Assembly: GCA_003344405.1 (NCBI GenBank)
Contig: NOWV01000002.1
Span: forward strand, 930,001 to 994,000
Direction of reading: 5' to 3'
DNA from: Trichoplax sp. H2
Taxonomy: Eukaryota
DNA length: 64,000 nucleotides
Shown: in pieces, positions 58,465 through 64,000 of the stretch
How the letters are laid out: each line of letters starts with the position of its first letter
Position numbering within the stretch: the first letter of the stretch is position 1
Notes under the pieces: generated by a model
What the model saw: only the letters and a program-made list of their open reading frames with translations
Databases searched by the model: none
What the model was told of the DNA's origin: nothing
Program-made: the position numbers and the translations under genes

Positions 58465-61400
58465 ATGGTAGTTCTATCCGAAAGTTATACAGAACTTGCC
58501 TTCGTTAAAGGACTGAAATCGCTCCATAAATTTACTTCACAAATCTTAGCGACTTTGCGTAGCTACATCGAAAAGAGTGAACATTTCTCTACAGACATCC
58601 AAGATTTATACGATAAGCCCTTAGATAACGATCTTAAGGTAACTAGCGCACAACAGATGCAAATAGATAAACTATTTAAGACTCTGTTAGCATTACAGTA
58701 CTTATGTCATCAAATCGAACTTTCTGCGTTATTGATCTTGATTATTAATGCTCAACTACTCGCTGATTAGTTCTTAATTTATGCCTGTCTTAAGATAAAG
58801 ATGATCTCTATTAAAATAGATTTAGTTAGCGTCATCACACTTACAGAAAATTACTCAGAACTTGATTTCTAAAGCGTAACAAGCAATCAGTTATGATCAT
58901 TAACTAGTAAGAACTTTCATTAACATTTCATTACCTCATTCTTCGCTTAGTATGAAAAGCTTCGTTCAATTTTAGGATTAAAATCTAGCATCAAAGGAAG
59001 GTACATATCGTCAGTTTTTCGGAATGTTATGACATCTTACTAATACGTTCATGATGTGGTGCTCATAAGTAATTAAAGTTAGTTAAATCTATTGCTACCA
59101 GTAGAAAATATCAACTGAAAAGAGAGGAATGACATCAAGAAGCATTAATTCGTGACCGTTAATAAATGCTATAAGCTTCCATCTCAGTCAATCGAAAGTA
59201 AATTTTCGTGCAAGTTCAAAGTTGAAACTTCAAATAACTCATATGTCGGCACGGAAGTGTGATACGAAAAAATGATGCTATTGGACCTGAATAGAACTTA
59301 CAAATGCATCGCAACCGTTGCAAGCGAAATAATGAATTAAAAATCATAGTTTTAAATTTCTCAAAAGAGGACTTTACGGTATATGGCCATCAGCTACGAC
59401 CTTTTGTGTAGATAGCACAAATAATACTGCATGTCTACATCATTTCATCAAACCACTCATTATCTACTATTACTTTATTAGCACAACTAATTATGCTATG
59501 TCACATAGTATTTACCGTGCATCAAGTTACAATATATATTTATATATAAACTTTCAAAGCACTACTGTAAAATATAATTCGCTGAAATTACTACAACACG
59601 GTGTATATTAACCCTTATCAAGTAAAAGCTTTTACCAGAAGAACTATGTAACATTATGATCTTATATAGAAGATGCCTAGTATAGTAATATCCTAATATA
59701 CGAATACTTATCATATACCGTTTAAGTACTGTATTGTATTACATTCATAATGTACGACATCATGACCACATATAGACGACATGCTATACATATAAAGACA
59801 CTATCTCAATCCCATCTAAAACCTATAAATACCCTTGTACGCTAACTCGTTAGTCAGTTCCTTACGTTCCTGCTATCTCAAATACCTTATCTATAACAAC
59901 CATATCATTGTTAGCCTGTAACTTGTATCTCAATAAAATCCTTTATACCTTCTATCATCGTCTACCTTAAAATACCTTACGCTACTTAAAGAAGATATTA
60001 TTACAAACTATATTAGTATTTATCGTAGAAAAGAAGTACGTAGCGTACTTTACCATCATATTTTTACTGCAAAAATTACAATATGAATAGCCAGAGAATA
60101 TTATTAAGGCCATACAAATAAGTAATATTGATTTCGATTTATTTATTTTTCGAAAATAAGAAAACTTCTGTCCATTATATATAGAAACTTTTCAGTTATC
60201 ATACACTGTATTGCCAGTACACGTCTCTTAAATTTTGCATCTATAGAATTTGATCTTAGCTTTCAACACCGTAATTTACACATTTTGCTTCATTTCGATG
60301 GTAAGCAACGTATTGATATGGTTGTGCCAGATCCTTCTGTAATTTCTCTCAGAATTTGCTGGGTAATAATAGGGAATAACTCTTTATAATCGGTATTAGT
60401 GAGAATGATACTATGTAGATGATACAGTACATTTCATAAGTAAGTTTATTCACGCAAATTGTACATTTTATGCTTTAAATCATACATATTTTATTAGATA
60501 TTTCAATATCTAACTGTACCGAATAAACTGAGAGTTAGATATAGTAGTATCATGTATCTGGATCATTAGCTCTCTACGGACTCTGCATACTCGTATTTGC
60601 AATTTATCATACAGAGACAAGAAATACCTTAGTTGACAATAAATATCATATTTCCTTGGAGCAACTCAAACGCAATTATAGGTGATTTTTAACACAGCTG
60701 TTTATAAGAACTATACCGTTAAAATAATGATCAGAATCATTACGGTTATTAAGCAACTACTGTACTGTATAATTTCAGGGTGGGCTAATACAATATCTAG
60801 TTTTTACATTACCTTTGATACATATCATCAGACTGACAATGGCATGACAAGATGTGCAGTTGTGTACTGTATTTATTGTCAATATAGCCTTATTATAATA
60901 ACCAAGTTATGCTTATTATGATATTTTAGTTCTATCAAAACTTTCACTGATAGAATCACTTCTAATATCATGCTAAAATAGTAGGCAATTTTAAGATATT
61001 CACCTCTAAACATTGTATTGATATGACTAAAGATCTTACAGGATCAATCAGCAAAGACACTTCGATCCATGATAAACAGCGTTAGTCGACGTAATGAGGC
61101 TTTACAGAGTCAGTGNNNNNNNNNNNNNNNNNNNNTTTTGAAGAGGAGCGCTACAGTGCTCACACTAGAGCTTCACATGAAAGGTGTAAACTAGCCTGTA
61201 TTTGAGATGCTAATACTGAAGTGTGTAGTAAGTAAGGTGCTAAGACTGTAAACGCGGAAAGGTATATAAACGAGTAGTTTAGTATAGTAAGTTAGTTCTT
61301 TCTCGTTAGAGGTCCTCAGCTAATTGATTACGTTGTATCTTCGTAAAGGAGGTTTTGTTCAATAAATCTTAATTTACTAAAGTTTTTGAAGATTCTTGAT

Positions 61401-63866
61401 CTATCAACCTCACACCAAGTTATGCTTATTATGATATTTTAGTTCTATCAAACTTTCACTGATAGAATCACTTCTAATATCATGCTAAAATAGTAGGCAA
61501 TTTTAAGATATTCACCTCTAAACATTGTATTGATATGACTAAAGGTCTTACAGGATCAATCAGCAAAGACACTTCAATCTATGATAAACAGCGTTAGTCG
61601 ACGTAATGAGGCTTTACAGAGTCAGTGGGAAGAAATGAAGGAAGTTGATAAAGAGCTGCAAGCGATAATTCAAAAAATAAAGGATTATCAAAAAGAAGTA
61701 AATAACTATTACGCTGAATTACATCACAAACATCAAAGCCTTTATGAAGATTATAAGAACAAGAGAGAGCAATTAATACAAATCCGTGAAAGTTTAATCG
61801 GACAGATGTATATATCCGAAACTCGCTGCATGGTAAAGTCAGCAAAAAATCTATTTGAGAAATTATTAAAGGACTATCATGCATTCAATAACGAGGTCGT
61901 TGTATCTGAGCTAACTTTGGAAATTGGAAAACACCAACAAGAACATATTTTTACTGATTTGTTTGAGCAACTACAAGTTTATCGCAATGCTTTAATGGCT
62001 AAATGGTAAGATATTTGCTTTTAAAGGCTGTCTATGTAAGCCATATTCATTTAAACAGAAATATCTGTAATAAATACTAACTGTAAGCAAGGACAAAAAT
62101 TATTCTAATTCGATTTTGATAATTAAAAATTAATTATCAAGACTTCATTGTGCTCCATGACAATTGCACTTAGAGATTAAATTCGATCTACTTCTTAATA
62201 CTATAATGAAGTATTCAGACTGCGTTGTTATAGTTTCATTCGTTGGAGAGCTTGAGAGTTTACCTTTGCTTTACTTTACGTTGGATGTAGGAATACCAAT
62301 TTAGACAAATTTTGCAGTACGCTTGATTCACCTTTTTTTTCTAATCAAGAAATATTCATAAGACAAGATACGTAAGTTATAAGAGCTTTCAAATTAGCAA
62401 TATTATGCAATTACATTCTTACAATATTTTATTTCTTAATTTGAATGTTTCTATTGGCGTGCGCAATTTCTGTTCTGTAATTTTAGAAACGAGAATGAAA
62501 ATAGCTACGATACAGATTCCGTTCAAAATTCCGCTGGGGATGACACTTCTACTATTAGGTAAAATAGTAATTCATTTCTTGTGACTATTTTCACAAAAAT
62601 TATTCATTCATGCAATGGATACAGTATATTCTGCAATACTTAATGAAAGAATTAGTATTACTCGAGCTTCAGGATTAAAAATTTTCGTAGATTGAAAGTA
62701 TTTAGATCTATAACCTTACTACAGTGTAGGTATCCATATAGCAAAACACTAGTATCTTTCATGCGGCTGGCCTTGACCTAGCCACCCTATTTTATCTTGA
62801 AAGATAGCTATTTTTAAACTATATCAATATTATTATAAACTATGCTTAATCGTTTCCCTATCACCAGTAATTACAACACATAAATGGATTTATGTTGATA
62901 TTGACAGACAAAACTACTTAAAGGCAAAATTTCTTTTTCCACATGATACCGACGATATTGATATCGATTCAATATATAAAATTAACGTATTCCGAATACA
63001 TTTAGTTATAATTTCTTCAGCCCTACGTATAATCCTACTTACTTTATATCTGGGTGTAAATCTTTCAACTTTATCAGTTCACTTTGCTCAAGTTATTCTA
63101 TTATTAGCTAGCATGTCCAATAGTAGGGTGCTTTACGGTATATCATAGCTAGGAATTACTACCATACAATAGCTACTTCATTACTAATATTTCTTGTTTT
63201 TAGATCTGATCAATCGCCTAGATTGGGTAAAAACGATAAGCTAGTATATGTACAGGCCGAGCCGACGTCCAATTTGAGATTAATTAATGTGAATACTAAT
63301 ACAGAGGGACTTGAATATTGGAACAAAAAGAACTTAGAAAAGGAATTTCCATCGACAGAAAATTCCGATAGTCTTTATGATGACTACAAACTGACTGCAA
63401 GATATTTTAATAAACATATCTATGACCCTATTATATCCCCAAGGCAAGAGGAATCGCCTTACTGGAATCGTCAAGATTTAGTTCTGGCAATACAACGTAG
63501 CCAAGAGTAAGTTCAAAAATTGCGCGTCTGGTATTTAAATTTATCGTCAATAATATTTTATTCTGGTTTCTGTTTTCTTATATCATATTATGTCAATTTG
63601 ATAAATATTTATAGAGCAAATAGACTGGGAGTCAAGATTATTTCGCTGTTAAGTTCTTTATCCATCAACGATTTCACTCTTTCTTCATTAAAGGAATTGT
63701 GAGTATTACTTTCCGTTATCGTACCTTTAGAATTGTTATGTCAAATAGATTAAACGATAAATATAAAAAGGAGCATTTAAATCAAAATCAATATATTACC
63801 CTTATTGTTAATCACTAAAGATGTGCAGATATGCGAAAGAAAACCCTCGAAGTAGCCTACCCCGAG
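58465..63866 (+). CDS. Divergent F-BAR-domain protein, likely a FER/FES paralog; 3' truncated by window
   Basis: Phase-compatible GT-AG exons at 58465-58638, 61554-62005, 62291-62371, 62487-62558, 63204-63506 and 63821-63866. The helical N-terminus resembles the neighbouring FER F-BAR (ILATLRSYIEK vs ILEKTKQYIKK; AKNLFEKLLKDYHAFNNEVVVS vs AKDRYMKAAKVLFTVSNEYFLS). Confidence 0.65.
59647..60005 (+). mobile_element. Solo LTR (359 bp)
   Basis: Begins TGTAACATTAT and ends ATATTATTACA (imperfect inverted termini). AACTA direct repeats at 59642-59646 and 60006-60010. Internal TATAAAT at 59824, TCAGTT at 59854 and AATAAA at 59932. Confidence 0.85.
60902..61627. repeat. Duplicated ~215 bp segment around a 20-N gap (60902-61115 vs 61415-61627), probably haplotypes
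   Basis: Near-identical copies with a few differences, e.g. CGA TCC vs CAA TCT in the exon. Confidence 0.9.
61136..61414 (+). mobile_element. Probable 3' part of an LTR inserted in one haplotype
   Basis: Absent from the other copy. TATATAAA at 61263, TTAGTT at ~61292 and AATAAA at 61361. Ends ...CCTCACA directly before host CCAAG. Confidence 0.65.
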
Positions 63867-64000
63867 GTAAATAATACAGTTTGAATTAAAATCGAAACAT
63901 AGTGGAAATAAACTACTATATTTGAAAGTAAAATGGATTGACTTCCTCGCTGCCATTTGAAAGGCCCTTTCATAAAATTAAATCTAGTACATACTCTCTT

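Noticed and set aside
56840..61627. True tandem segmental duplications
   Set aside because: Each pair flanks a uniform 20-N gap and differs by a structural variant, which fits uncollapsed haplotypes better.
62909..62987. Extra open exon candidate in the F-BAR gene
   Set aside because: The available donor gives phase 0, which creates a stop in the next exon. Left out pending RNA data.

Overview
AT-rich, intron-rich animal genomic DNA. The compact genes and protein sequences suggest an early-branching metazoan, probably a placozoan (inference, not verified). Gene order: 3' end of a collagen IV chain (+), WRAP53/TCAB1 (-), PEX1 (+), RPP38 (-), RNASEH2B (+), a ~12.5 kb stretch with no recognisable gene and several decayed tandem arrays, an atypical beta-type soluble guanylate cyclase (+), a FER/FES tyrosine kinase (-), PSAT1 (-), and a divergent F-BAR gene (+) that runs off the window. 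Three 20-N gaps are each flanked by two slightly different copies of the same sequence, which I read as two haplotypes. These expose a ~300 bp inversion upstream of PSAT1 and two probable heterozygous LTR insertions. A complete solo LTR with a 5-bp target-site duplication is also present. Most notable: (1) the sGC has Tyr in place of the proximal haem His, a degenerate catalytic set and a CaaX tail; (2) the invertible segment is bounded by self-complementary TACAG/CTGTA tracts that also mark most gene 5' regions; (3) RPP38 intron 1 is built from decayed copies of its own exon 1/donor junction. All alignments were done by eye against remembered reference sequences, and exon edges are approximate where stated.
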